Assembly (NCBI GenBank): GCA_018398765.1
Contig: JAHBMJ010000304.1
Span: 1 to 51,133, forward strand
From: Chromera velia
Lineage: Eukaryota
DNA: 51,133 nucleotides
Direction: 5' to 3'
A program made the translations under genes and the position numbers. How positions within the stretch are numbered: position 1 is the stretch's first letter; each line of letters begins with the position of its first letter. Below the pieces are notes generated by a model. It was not told the DNA's origin, did not search any database, and was given only the letters and a program-made list of their open reading frames with translations. Shown in pieces: positions 1 to 24,850 of this stretch.

Positions 1-145
1 TGCAAGGAAAGAAAAGTTTCATGTCAATGTTAAATGACAGTAAATGATTTGAAAAGTAAATTTTCTTCAGGACTAGATTTCTTTAAAGTTGAATGCATCT
101 ATAATTTATTTTTTATAAAAATGCACACAAATTAATGTCCAGGGT

Positions 146-887
146 ATGCGCAGCTGCGCGCGCGGCGATCGGTCTCGGGCATTCTCCGACGGGATTTCTC
201 GGGCTCTGCACCACTTTGGAGTCTGTTCAATGTCAGAGTATCTGTTGAGTCCATTTCTGTCGGATTGGGTTTCGTCATATGATCCATCTGTGACACGAGC
301 TCGTGTACAGATTTTCTGCTGGATCGAAGCCTTGTGGATCTGACGAGAATTAAACAGGTTTCTCGATTCTGTCATCGCACGCTACAGTTGTTCAGTCTGA
401 CATATGCGGTCTCCTTAGTTCCAGAGCCTGCATGAGGGGCAGCTCGGCGAAGATATTTGTATGCCGAAACCGTCATCCCGAACTTGACCCTCCCGATCGT
501 GACTGACTGCGTGGAATTGGCCGAATCTGGAACACACTTATTTAAGTGGGATTAACCGTTGGCTTTTGGACAGTGAAAATGAGCAGGTTTCACGAGGTGA
601 ATATTTCAGGAAGCCTGTCGGTGAAGAAGAGTCAGATTCCTCTTGGGAAGATTGACATCACCAAGACCGGTGGCATTGTTACTCTCTGCTTTTGTTCGAA
701 GACTGGGACCGCCTTTGCCTACATGGTCGGTCTGTGGCTTGGCTTGGTTTGGTTTGTGAAACCTCCTGACTGATATTCAGCGTGTTCAGCTGTTCCCTTT
801 TCTTGTTGGTCCTTCATGGTCTCTCCCACTTCTCTCCATTCCCTTGGTCCCTGCTCTCTGTCTTCGCGTTCCCATACGTCAACGTAG
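146..887 (+). pseudogene. Degenerate coding-like segment, possibly upstream exons of the disrupted gene at 1435-6164
   Basis: Short protein-like stretches in shifting frames (e.g. YLSGINRWLLDSENEQVSRGEYFRKPVGEEESDSSWED*HHQDRWHCYSLLLFEDWDRLC) are broken by stops, followed by a GTAAGC donor-like site at 888. No recognisable domain. Confidence 0.2.
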
Positions 888-1188
888 GTAAGCAAGAGTG
901 GGTCAGCTGGGAGAGAAGTGCACGGAATCGAATCCAAAAAAGGAATTAAGAGCTGTGGAGGCTAGTGTGGAGGAATAATTGATCTTCCCGTTGCCTTTTT
1001 TAATTTATGTTTTTTCCCCGTCTTGTTTTCACCGTCTCGTTCTCTATCTAGTTTCCCTTCTTTCGATTCCCTTTTTCTGACCCAGCCAGCGTACTGTGTG
1101 TGTATGCGTCTACGTGTGTCTGTGGGGGTGGGATAGACGAAAGAGAAAGGGGGACGGGAACAGCAGGGCTTTGGACTCTCGTGTCTGT

Positions 1189-1261
1189 TCTTCCTTCCTT
1201 CCTTCCTTCTTTCCTTCCTTCCTTCTTTCTTTCCTTCTTTCCTTCTTTCCTTCTTTCCTTC

Positions 1262-1292
<31 letters not shown>

Positions 1293-1393
1293 TTTTTTCT
1301 TTCTTTCTTTCCTTCTTTCCTTCCTTCCTTCCTTCCTTCCTTCCTTCTTTCCTTCCTTCCTTCCTTCCTTCCTTCCTGCCTGCCTGCCTGCCT
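1189..1393. repeat. Compound (TTCC)n/(TTTC)n/(CCTG)n intronic microsatellite
   Basis: Directly visible; lies just upstream of a TGCAG acceptor ending at 1434. Confidence 0.95.
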
Positions 1394-1434
1394 GTGCACC
1401 GATTTCGCCCGGTTCTTCCTTCCTGTCTGTGCAG

Positions 1435-4400
1435 CAATTTGTCCCGGAAGAATGCCAAGTCGTGGACGAGGATCCTCTCTTGACCCTGTGCTTTGACCGT
1501 CCAGTCACTCTGCATTTCAAAGCATCGCATGGAGATTTCAAGAGCAACACCAGAGTGTCGCAGGAGTCGTGGAGCTTCACTTTACATGAGCAGGATCCAA
1601 TCGAGAGAAAGAGGCGGACAGAAACAGAGGGGTTCCTCTCCAAAGCTGGCCTGGGTAAGGCAAGCCACAAGCATAGACAGATGGATGCGTGCTTTCTCTC
1701 TCCCTCTCTCTCTCCCTCCCGCTCCCCCCCGCCCCCTCCCCCCCCTCTCTCTTTCCTCTCTTTCTTTCTCTCTCCCTCTTTCTGCCGTGCGTCGCTCTCT
1801 CATTCGTTCCTGCTCTTTCCTTCCCTTCCTTCCCTCCCTGCCTCCCTTCCTTCTCTTCCTTCTTTCCTGTGCGTCTTTACTTCTAATTCGTTGTGTGTGT
1901 TGCCTCTCAATGGTCCTCTCGCATGTTGTGGTGCTCTTTGTCCCATTTTCCGCCCTAGCTGTGCATTCTTCTTCTGCATCCCTGCATTGGTCTGGCACTT
2001 CTGTTTGCATGCTCTCTCTGTCTTTTTCTTTTTCTTTCCTTTTTTGCCCTCCCTGGCTCTACGCTGCCGCTGCGCTGTTTGATGATGTTTTTCATCCCTC
2101 GTTCTTTTTTTGTGTCTGTCTGAATTTCGTCCAAGAGGACTCGCAGGAGTGCCGAGACGAAAGAAACCTGAAGGACTCTCTGGGAGACCTGGAGGTGCAG
2201 ATCCTTTTCGTTCAGGCAATTGTACACTTGCATTTTCAGTTCCAGGCTCAGCCCTTGCCTGGATGAACCCTTTTCTAAAGAACCCCCTGATGCGTGCTGT
2301 CAGTAAAGGTGCACATGGGCAGCCGCAGAGGCCCGCCCGGGTCCCCCCCAACCGGTCGGTGCCACTCCCTTAAGGAAACAGCAGGGGAAGGGAACAGCTG
2401 GCGTGCAGCAGCAGCAGCAGCAGGCCACCAGCAGCAGTCTGGAGTCACAAACCGCCGGGGGGGGTTAACAGCAGTTTTGGGCATGCTGAGCCTTGGAAGA
2501 TGAAGGGGAATGGAGGGCCGAGGGGGGACTCTGGGGCGTCTCGATGGCAGGAGGCCAAAAGGAAAGACACAGCAGCAGAGAGTGAACAGAAGAAGGGGGG
2601 GGGTGTCTCGATGCACTGCTTTGATTCAAAGGCGCGAACGTCAGTCTTTCTGTCTCCTTCAGCCCATCTGGTGTGTGTGTGTGTGTGCGTGTGCGTGTGC
2701 GTGTGTGTGTGTATGTGTTGGTCTTCTCGACTCGAATTGATCTTCAATTTGGCCTGTGGTTGGTTGGCTGATATCGTTTCCCTTTGGGATTCCATCCGGA
2801 TCTGTTCCCTTTGCTCCATTCCTAGCTGGATAAATGTGCTGGGACGGCTGTGTTTTTTGCCGTCTCCTCCCCTCCTTTACAGCCCCACCTTGCCCTGATA
2901 AATTGCCGTCTGTGCATCCCCCCTTGTCAATCATGCGGTGGTTCCTGCATGCCTCGCTCATGCCACAACGAGGGGCTGACCGGCTGGCTGTGTTTTTTGT
3001 CTCTCTCTCTCCCTCATCCACCCCCTGCCTACGGGAATTTCTGCATGGAGCACAACATTCGCCTCCAGACCTGCCTGGCTCTCCACTGCTGTGCCCTCCT
3101 TCAAGCGCACCCCTTTCCCTGTCGAGAAACGGAAACCTCCCCCCAACCCGAACTCCCACTCTCACGCCAAGTGCGAACAGTGGGGGCTATCCTCGGGGAG
3201 ACAGGAGGAAGGGACGCTGTCGTCGCACGCCAACAAAGGGTCCTCCTCTGTCTCGTCCGAAGGGGGAGGGGGAGGCGGGATTCTCCGACAGGAGAGGGAA
3301 GTTCCGTTCCTCCCGAGTCATGGGGGGAATGGGGAGAAGAGAAGGACCATGGAAGTTGAGTCAGACACGGGGGGGGGGAATCGTCAGACTCCTCCGCTGG
3401 GTCCGCTTTCACCCAAAAGTCTCTTTTCTCAAGGGTCAGTTGGTTGGTTGGTTTGGCGGCAGAAAGAAAAATGAAGGGAAGCCAAGGGTTGTTGATCGAG
3501 AGTGCATGCTGTTACTTCTTCGCAATCCTTCCTCCGTAGCATCTGTTCTTTTCTCTCTGTAATTCCTTCTCATCTGGCGCACTTTCTCTTCTTCCTCATT
3601 CCATCCTCTAACTTCGCAATTTCTTTTTGTCGTTCTGTTTTCATTCTGCAGTAACATCTGACCATCTATCCGTATTCAATTTCCATGCAGAGAATACATG
3701 CAGCTGCTGCCAATGGTTTTTGCCGGCTCCCCTCTACTCTCCTCTGCCCCATCAAAGGAGAGGGAGGATCGTGTGTGTAATCCTCTGAATCCCTTGTTTT
3801 TTTTTCATGAGCAGCGCCCGCCCGAATGAGTGTGCGGGTGAAGTCTGAAGAAAGTAACGATCATGTGTCATGCGCTATCGATCGACAAAAGTAATTAATA
3901 GACAATCACGCGCTGATGCTGCCTGCCTGCAGGGATATGTTCGAATCGGCAGGCGACGGAGAGAGACCCCGACAGTCCGACGAAGGAGAGGAGGACGAAG
4001 AAGCATTCGAGTGGGAGGAGGAGGAGGGGGGGGAGGAGGAGGAGCCTCCGTGGAAGACGAAAATGATCAAGCGCTACTTCGGTCCACGTGAGTCTGTCCG
4101 TGTCCGTGAGGACCCTCCGATCGTTCTCTGTGCGATGCGAGGCGATCTAGGGGGTGTGAGGCGTTGTGTAGAGGAGGGGGGGGACATAGAAGCGTGTGGT
4201 TTATGGACCGAGACGGAAATGTCAGCGGTAATCAATGAGTATACATGGAGAAAAGACACAGCTCTCGTGGCTGCGTGCCGATTCGGTCACCCGTCGGTCG
4301 TCTCCTTTCTTCTCGTGAAGGTGCAGACCTGCATCCAAAGTCCTCTCTCAGCTGTGACGGCCACGACACAGCCCTCTCGATTGCGAAGAAAAAAGGACAC

Positions 4401-6164
4401 GCCGAGTGCGTGCGTCTCCTTGAGGCTGCGCTGTTCAGAGAACAGAGTGAGAAGGCAGCGAAGGTCTTGCAGGACCATTTCAGACAAACCACAGAAGCAA
4501 AAGGGGAGGGAGGGGAGAGAGCCAGCTCTCAGACTAGGAAACAGAAGGAGGAAAACAAAGAGAATGATCATCAAGAGAACGCTGCAACTTCCCACCCCCT
4601 TGCATTCCCTCAATGTGGGGGGGCGTTTGCTGAGATGTCGACAAAGAAAGGAGGGAAAACAGAGTTCTCGTCACACACTCAGCAGCAGGCTGACCCTGCA
4701 TCTGCTTGTGTGTGGTATCTGAGCGGCATGCATTCCGTTGATGCTCTGAAACTCCGTCCGATTCCGTCTCCGACCGTCTGTGAATTTCAGAAAGGTCACC
4801 TCCTCTCCCATGCCACCGACGTTCTTGCCGATTTGGGCAAAATGTGTCTCGGGGGAAAGGGGACGGCACGCAAACCCCGAGAGGGGGCTCTGTGGCTCTT
4901 CCGGGCTTTGAACCTAAATGCCTCGCGTATGCCCGGGGACCTAGTTTCCGCCCGTTGCTACTACAAGAAGAGTCTGGGCGTGCGCCCGTTTGAGAAACTT
5001 CTTGGCCGACTCAGACGAGTGTGCTTCTCCTCTCACGGGAGGGGGGGGCTGCAGAATTCTGCAGTGAGGGTTGACGAGAAGGTTTGGGCGTCAATGGAAG
5101 ACTTTTCAGCCGAAAGGCAGAGGGGGGAAAGGGTGGATGATGAGGAAAGCAGGCTGATACGGGAAGAGAAACGTCGGAGAAGAGAAGAGGGCCGCAGAGA
5201 AAGGGAAGAAGAACAGCGTCGTTACGGTATGGAGAGAGAGCGGCTTTCTCAGGAATACAGAAAAGCAAGGGAAGAGGAGAGAGAGCGGGTTTCTCAGGAA
5301 AACAGAAGAGCAAGGGAAGAGGAGAGAGAACGATTTCTCAGGAATACAGAAACGTAAGGGAGGAGGAGATTAAACGCTGCCGCATGCTTCGCCCTGGCCC
5401 TGTGCAAAGACTTCACACGGGGGTCTGCACAGACCTCCGGCGGCACCAGAAAGACTTCTGCACCTACATGCACCCAGAGACGTCCACAGAGGGACAGGAA
5501 GGCCTTCCCCCTTACTGCAAGTACATGGCAGAGACAGGAACATGCCCGTCAGTCAGTCAGTCTGCAGGGGCTCTGCAGAGACTCAACTTGAATTCGACCT
5601 GCTGACCTGTCTTCCCATCTCCCTGCCTGCCTTTCTTTCTCGCCTCCTTTCTTTTCTTCCTTCCTTCCTTCCTTCCTTCCTTTTGGCCTTGCATGTACAT
5701 CCAATCCAATTCAGTTTCAGGGGTCAACTTTTCTTTCCTACCGACCGATTGAATGAACAATCATTCGAATGCGGACCTACCGTTAGTCTACACGGACTGC
5801 TTCATATGATTGACTCCCCACTTGTTCCTTGAGGAACTTCCTAGTGCTGAACGAACTTACTCGGCGCACGCGTGTGTGTGTGTGTGTGTGTGTGCATGCA
5901 CTCGCTCGCTCTTTGGATGATCGAATGAATGAAGAAGACACCACGAGTGTGTGTGTTCTGTAATGTCCTCCTGCATGGCACCCCAGCAGCTTCATTCCGA
6001 GCTTATCGTTCCACCGACCGTCCACGTCATTGCATGCGTGCGCGTGCAGATTCGGCGACCGGTGTCTGTTCAACCACCTGCCCTCGAGGTTTCAAAGTTT
6101 GGGACTCGGCGAGTGGACAGGCGGGGGCACGGGGGGGAAGAGAAAGAGGGGGCAGGAGAGATAA
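1435..6164 (+). pseudogene. Multi-exon ankyrin-repeat + Sel1-like + coiled-coil + CCCH zinc-finger gene with disablements
   Basis: Exons ~1435-1654, ~2136-2670, ~3030/3069-3434, 3933-5547, 6050-6164; introns 3435-3932 and 5548-6049 splice in phase. Ankyrin motifs: PPIVLCAMRGDLGGVRRCVEEGGDI, TALVAACRFGHPSVVSFLL-REGAD, TALSIAKKKGHAECVRLL. Sel1-like: LADLGKMCLGGKGTARKPREGALWLFRAL. Spliced C-x8-C-x5-C-x3-H finger: CKYMAETGTCP|FGDRCLFNH. Disablements: in-frame TAA at 2371-2373 and 1-nt deletions at ~4313 and ~5336. The 5' exons are less certain. Confidence 0.65.
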
Positions 6165-7357
6165 TTAATGTGTGTCTGCATGAGGTCTTTGGGCTCTATT
6201 TAACTTCTTTGTTTCCCGGCGCCTTCTTGAGCCCCCCCCCCCCTACATGTCATCGCAATGTGCGTGCTTCTATTTGTGTGTGTGGAGGAAGACAGAAGGG
6301 GGGGACAGGAGAGGGGAAAGAAAGTGCGGAACATGATAGCTCGGTTGAGGCCATAATTTTGTCCTTCATCACTCACTTGATTCCGTCAGTCAAAATATTT
6401 GTATCGCATCGAAATATTTGTATCGACAATGGATGGACTCATCAATGGTCTCTCTCGTGCGTGCATCTTTCTTTCATGGTTTTGGTGTGCGATCGTCCAA
6501 GCTCTGTTTTTCGTTGAGGAAAAGAGGAGAGACGTGAATTTTTTCAAAAGCCGGCAGGGCGGGGGGCAAGAGGAAGAAAGGCGATGCGGGAGGCAGGAAG
6601 GTAAAGGATCATAAATTCTGCATGGAGACCCGAAGCATTCAGAGCGTAAATGGTCGTTTGTTTGGCTTTTCAATCCTCTTCTCATTCCACGAGTTGCCGG
6701 CCTCCCTAGCATTTCTCGCGCGTCTGTCCGCTTTATCTTTTTCGTTCCTTAGGCCTTTCTGCCTTCTTTCCTTCCTTCCTTCCTTCCTTCCTTACTTCCC
6801 TACTTCCTTCCCTTCCTTTCCTTCGAACCTTCCTTTCCTTCCATCTCGTTACTTCTTTCTTACTCTATTCCTTCCTTCCTTCCTGTCTTTCTTCCTTTTT
6901 TTTTTTCTTTCTTTCTTTCGTTCCTTCCATTCTTTCTTTCTTTCTTTCTTTCGCGCGCTCGCTCGCTTTGCATCCTTCGTGGCGTGAAGCATTTGACAGA
7001 ACTTCGCTTATTCCAGGTGAGAAAGGGATAGCTTGCATTGTTTATCGCAGCTCTGTGTGTGTGTGTGTGTGTGTGCGCGCGCGCGCGCGTCTTTTTCTCC
7101 TGTTTTGTGCATCAAATTTGTCAAGTGCATATTAGAAAATGACTGAAATTGGATGGACATCGCATTTTTTTGTCTGTATCAGAGTAAGGACAAGAGGAAG
7201 AAAGAATATGAAAGATACATGCATCCAACTTGTATCGACTCGTGACTGCATGTCGTTCTGTACTCCTCTGACCCCGAAATCAGACAGAGTGCAGACTCTT
7301 TAGTTAGCTAGTCAGAAGAGAGTCGAATCCCTAGAGTAGCGAGTAGCTAGAGTGAAC

Positions 7358-7899
7358 CTCACCGACCTGCAGTTGGACAGCACAAACAGTTGGCGCGCAC
7401 GCGTGCTGAGTGCGAAACACTGGCAACGGGGTCAGACGGATGAGGTTTTCTCCCTTTTTGGGAAGTGGTTCGCGGAATGGGGACAAAGCCAAGCCAGGCT
7501 ACCGTTTTTGCCCGTCTCTTCAGCCGTCTCCGTCATTCTACCACCGTCTGCCTCAAAACAGGCAGGCTAGAAGGAGCTTTGGGGCGAGATATGAAGGTGA
7601 AAGGGCGCAACCTAACCTAGCCTATCAGAATGAAGGTTCTCTGGCTCTTCTTTCTTCTGATTGAGCTAGATTTCGGCAGAAAGAGGACAAGACCACGCGT
7701 TCTGTGTGATGATGTAAGACCACTCTGCCTTGCCGCGGGAATTCAGTGAGTGGCCGTCACGGGAAAGCCGTTCTTGCCTGTGTTATCTTCCTTCGTGGGA
7801 GAGGACTGCCCTAGCAGTGTGTCCAGCTGCGTATTGAACCAGCCGAACGTTAGACGCTCGTTTATGGGCCGATAGCGATGGTGAATGATGATGATGATG
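7358..7899 (+). mobile_element. 5'-truncated non-LTR retrotransposon (LINE 3' end) with (ATG)n tail
   Basis: Flanked by direct repeat AGAGTGAAC (7349-7357 and 7900-7908) and ends in (ATG)5. The 3'-terminal sequence GCCGAACGYTAGACGC...GCGATGG...ATGATGAT recurs at ~11420-11473. Confidence 0.7.
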
Positions 7900-8110
7900 A
7901 GAGTGAACTAGAAGAAGCTAGAGTGATGAGTGAAGTTGACAGTAAGGGTTGTTAGTCCGAAGGTAGCTGTGAGCGCAGTTGCCCAAAGTACCAGAGTGGT
8001 TGAATGGAGTGAATAAATTTCGCTAAGTCAGAAGTCGATCCGAAATCAGGAATTCTGTGTGTGTTTTTGGGTGGTCAATTGGCTGACGATTTTGATGATT
8101 TTGTTTGTGG

Positions 8111-8320
8111 ACGCATGTGGAACTTTCCACAATTCGATTCCACATGTTAATTTTGTGTCATGTTTCATTTCGGTTGTTTGTGGAACTTCTGTGTGGAACT
8201 TTCATGTGGAACTCTCCTGTGGAATCCTAGTGTGCAACTCTCTTGTGGAATCCTAGTGTGGAACTTCAGATCCATAATATAATTCCTAATAATTCCACAA
8301 TGTGGAACTTTCCATACGTA
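8111..8320. repeat. Cluster of TGTGGAA(C/T) motifs with imperfect inverted ends; probable MITE or transposon terminus
   Basis: About 10 copies of GTGGAA/TTCCAC within ~200 bp; the ends ACGCATGTGGAACTTTCCACA and TGTGGAACTTTCCATACGT are roughly inverted. Confidence 0.5.
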
Positions 8321-8663
8321 CTATGTTTATACGGCCCTATAGGTTCGAAGTCTGAGTCTATGTTTAAGGCATTCACCCACATGCCGTCTGGCTGTCTCAG
8401 ATAGCATGAATGATTTACTTCTTTTCCTTTTGTCCATTCAATCTACTACCATCACTTCTCTTTACTATGTTCCTATCATTCTTCAATTAGTTCAACATGA
8501 CAATGTAATTAATGTAAGTTATTATGTAATATATAAATCAGTAATATTTAATATTTTTAAGTTTATTTATCAGATTGTTGGTTAGCCGAATTCATAAAAA
8601 AGCCATTAAGCTAGTCAAAAGCTAGGTCAAAAGGTTCACAGATTAAAAAAATGGCTTTAAAAA

Positions 8664-9512
8664 TAGTGACCAGATTTGATTTGATAGGATTTGATTTGGT
8701 TTAATTTAATTTGATTTGATTTGAGCTTCAAGCTCAAGTTTGACCAGATTTAAGGTAGATTTGAGGTTGAAGTCTAGAGGTCACTCTCGACAGCACTGGA
8801 GATGACATGACACAGTCAACACCACTAGCAGATTCTAGAAAGCTTTAGAGACAAGAAAATCACTAAAAACTAGACTAAAAGCTAAATTAAGACTCTCAAA
8901 ATTATAATAAAGTTTTTAATAAACTATTGTCAAAGCTAAGAGTTTACATATAAGTTTTTATCTTAGTTAGTATCTTAGAGTTATCCTAGAGAGTAATCTT
9001 AATTTAAGACTAGAATTTTCTTGTTGTTATGTATGACCTGTAGGATTGTTTGACATCGTTAATCAGTTTGATAGGGGGAGGCCCAAGAAGGGCCCAAAAC
9101 ACTTTAAAAAAGAAATGTAAAAACTGCCACAGCACAATAAAAAACCACTTCAAACCCTCAATCAAAACTTGAATGTCTGGAAAATATATAGACTGGATAA
9201 CATCTTTTTCACTGAACAGACCTTTAGAATTAAAAGGTTTTGCACGTTCATATTCATATAAAACCGATAAAAAAATCTTTTTATGATCAATTTTTTTTTT
9301 TCCGAACAAAAAAGTGCGAAAACTCATTTTAACTCATTTGAAAGATTGGATGACGGATTGACCTCGAAGATTTGAGGTTAAAAGGTCAGATTTGAAGTAG
9401 ATTTGATAGGATTTGATAGACCCTATCATGCTAAAGTTTCTTAGAGCTAAGATTTGATTTAAGGTTAAGCCCTACTTTGAATTAAATCAAATCAAATCAA
9501 ATCTGGTCACTA
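8664..9512. mobile_element. Non-autonomous hAT-like DNA transposon (849 bp)
   Basis: TIR TAGTGACCAGATTTGATTTGAT / ATCAAATCAAATCTGGTCACTA; 8-bp TSD TTTAAAAA / TCTAAAAA (1 mismatch); subterminal (GATTT)n arrays; no recognisable transposase. Confidence 0.8.
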
Positions 9513-10014
9513 TCTAAAAACTGTTACTAAATACTAGGTAGTAGGTAATGCGACTACGCAGAAGGCTATAGCTAGCTATAGTTAAGATTCAACTTAAGAA
9601 GCGGCTGACATATAGAGTCTAGACGGTCTAGTAGCGTTAGGATTACTGCTCATAGAATTAATGTTCTGGGTTTCCTCAGGATCCAGCTCAGGATTACAGA
9701 ATTATATTGTATTCGGGGCCGTAGCCCTAGATCTGCGTACCAGTTATCTGACGTCCGCCTTGCACTATATATTCATGCACATTATACTTCATACCATGCA
9801 CGCATACATGCAACGACATATCTCATCACGACATATGCATTTCTTACCTTGCACTTCAAAACTATTGCAACTGCCAACAGACATGGATGCATTTTAATTA
9901 CACTCCCGAGATAAGATTAAATTATGTTTCATTTTCTCTGACAAAGTGCGAGTGAAAGACAGAGTTAGACAGAGTGATATAGGGCAGGGGTAGAGTGGTA
10001 GCATGCATCTTTTA

Positions 10015-10517
10015 TTACTTTTGCAACCTTATGTCTCCGTGCAGAGCCTCTTTCTCTCTTGCTCTTTTTATCTGATAAAACATACCGATCAGATTTTCTA
10101 TCTTGAACCGCGGCTCTCTATTTCCTTTCCCCTTTAAATTCTTTTCTTTGTCGTGGGCTTCTGCAAGCTGTTCGGCAGTCACATCTTGAAAAACATCCTT
10201 AAGTTCCTCTTTAACTAGGCCAATAATAGGCCTAATATCGCCCAATATCTTTCTACATAAATTTTATACCTTTTAACAATATGTTGTGTGCCACAGGGGC
10301 CACACACTGCACATCGATACCAAACAGGGCCGATCCATGTCCAAGCCATGCGCTAGCCTGCACGTCACAGCCGCCACAAGTTATAGGCATGCGCGTCATC
10401 ACTATAACCGTTCTGGTTCCTCATGAATACTGATCGGTTTCTTCGTAGACCGCCGCGAATAATAGGCCTAATATTACCCAACATTTTTCTGTACAAACTT
10501 TATACTTTTTGATAATA
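10015..10517 (-). mobile_element. Degenerate coding remnant with a 60-bp direct repeat (probable TE relic)
   Basis: ORF fragment 10015-10245. Direct repeat 10222-10281 vs 10458-10517 differs only by transitions. Lies in an AT-rich block between transposons. Confidence 0.35.
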
Positions 10518-10684
10518 ACACAATCCACCTGTGATTTAAGCTAGGATCCACTCAAAAACGTAAAAAAGATTCTAGCTAGAATTTAAATTAAAAAATTATT
10601 TGCACTAGTATTTGCATGTTGACAATCATTGTCATTAAATTTATATTGATTGTTTTGTTTACTACAACCTAATTTAAATCCAAT

Positions 10685-11385
10685 CAGGGTTGCCGATTTT
10701 TTTGGCGGTAGACAAGCTTCATTACCGGTAACCGGTAATTACCGGCAGAGTTTGCTGGCAGTTGGCAAAGACTTAGCAGAATTCTAACAGTCACTAACAC
10801 TTTTCAATAACCTAAGTCCTAGGTTATAGGTCAATCAATCAATCACTTAAGGCTAGACTTAAGGTCAATTCAAAAAGTTAATGCGTCATCTGTAGGGATA
10901 GCTATGCGGCCAGTGTGCTTGAAGATGACGGAGGTCGAAGCAATGGGTCCCATCTTGCACTTAGCGCCTAAAGACAGAGAACCGCTGGCCGTAATGACCA
11001 CAGCTAGCCCAGACAGATGCATCAACGCGATTTCAACAACGGAAAGAGTCTGCCTCAAAGTTTAGGCGGTCCCCCCAATCCAGTGCTCCAGCCTCCAAAG
11101 AAAGACCCGCCTTTTTGCCACTTATAAGGGTGAAACACTTAAAAATTTATATTTTTTAAATATTTTTTTTAGTTTTTTTTGTGTGTGAATAGGCTTTTCA
11201 AATGCCAATAAACACTTAAAAACATGTTTTTGAAGGTTGGCGCCGCACGCGAAATTTTTTTTTTGGGACCCTAATTTTCATCATTTTTTTTGTTGGTAAT
11301 TAAAAGGAAGGCAGACTGAGGCCATTACCGGTTACCGGCAATTGCCGGTAGACTAGACCTGTTACCGACCAGAAAAGCAACCCTG
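10685..11385. mobile_element. Non-autonomous hAT-like DNA transposon (701 bp)
   Basis: TIR CAGGGTTGC / GCAACCCTG; perfect 8-bp TSD AATCCAAT (10677-10684 and 11386-11393); subterminal TTACCGG/ACCGGTAA repeats at both ends. Confidence 0.88.
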
Positions 11386-11419
11386 AATCCAATGCATGCT
11401 ATGACCCTAGCTATGACCT

Positions 11420-11473
11420 GCCGAACGCTAGACGCCTAACAGGGGCTGATGGCGATGGCGTATGATGATAATG
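11420..11473 (+). mobile_element. Very short 3' remnant of the same LINE family as 7358-7899
   Basis: GCCGAACGCTAGACGCC...GGCGATGGCGTATGATGATAATG matches 7842-7899, including the decayed (ATG)n tail. Confidence 0.55.
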
Positions 11474-11580
11474 GCTACGTACAGATGCATGTGTATCTAC
11501 ATTTATATGAATTTGTTTATAAATTTATACTGACTTTCAGACTGATCTGCGTAGACAGAGTGGATTCTTTAAGGCAATGC

Positions 11581-24496
<12,916 letters not shown>

Positions 24497-24850
24497 GGCG
24501 AGAATCCACCGAAATTACGGAAAAGTCATCAGTAGGGGAAAATCCAGCCGACGCTTTCGCCTCTATGGTCTGCAGGACGCTCGACCAAATACATCCTCTG
24601 AATTGACGGACGGCCTCGTCATCTTTCGCAGGTTGATATTGAGCATGTGCCACGAACCCCAAAAAGCCGCCTTTTCCCGGGAGCGCCCGGGAGAGCGCCG
24701 AGGAGAACCGGAAACAAAAATTCAAGGCACTAACATGACCCGGATTTTGCGCCTTCCGGGCCCCCATTTAGCTCGGCATTAATTTCTTACATTTTTACGG
24801 GCCGGATACACCCAACTATAGTTGGGTGAGTGCCTCGGGGGGCCATTTAG

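Noticed and set aside
962..2082. Long ORFs of EGRK/FLPS repeats
   Set aside because: Translations of the TTCC/TTTC microsatellite and pyrimidine-rich intron.
2371..2373. Stop-to-Gln genetic code reassignment to explain in-frame TAA/TAG
   Set aside because: Intact genes in the window have no internal TAA/TAG and terminate on TAG; C>T mutation is the simpler explanation.
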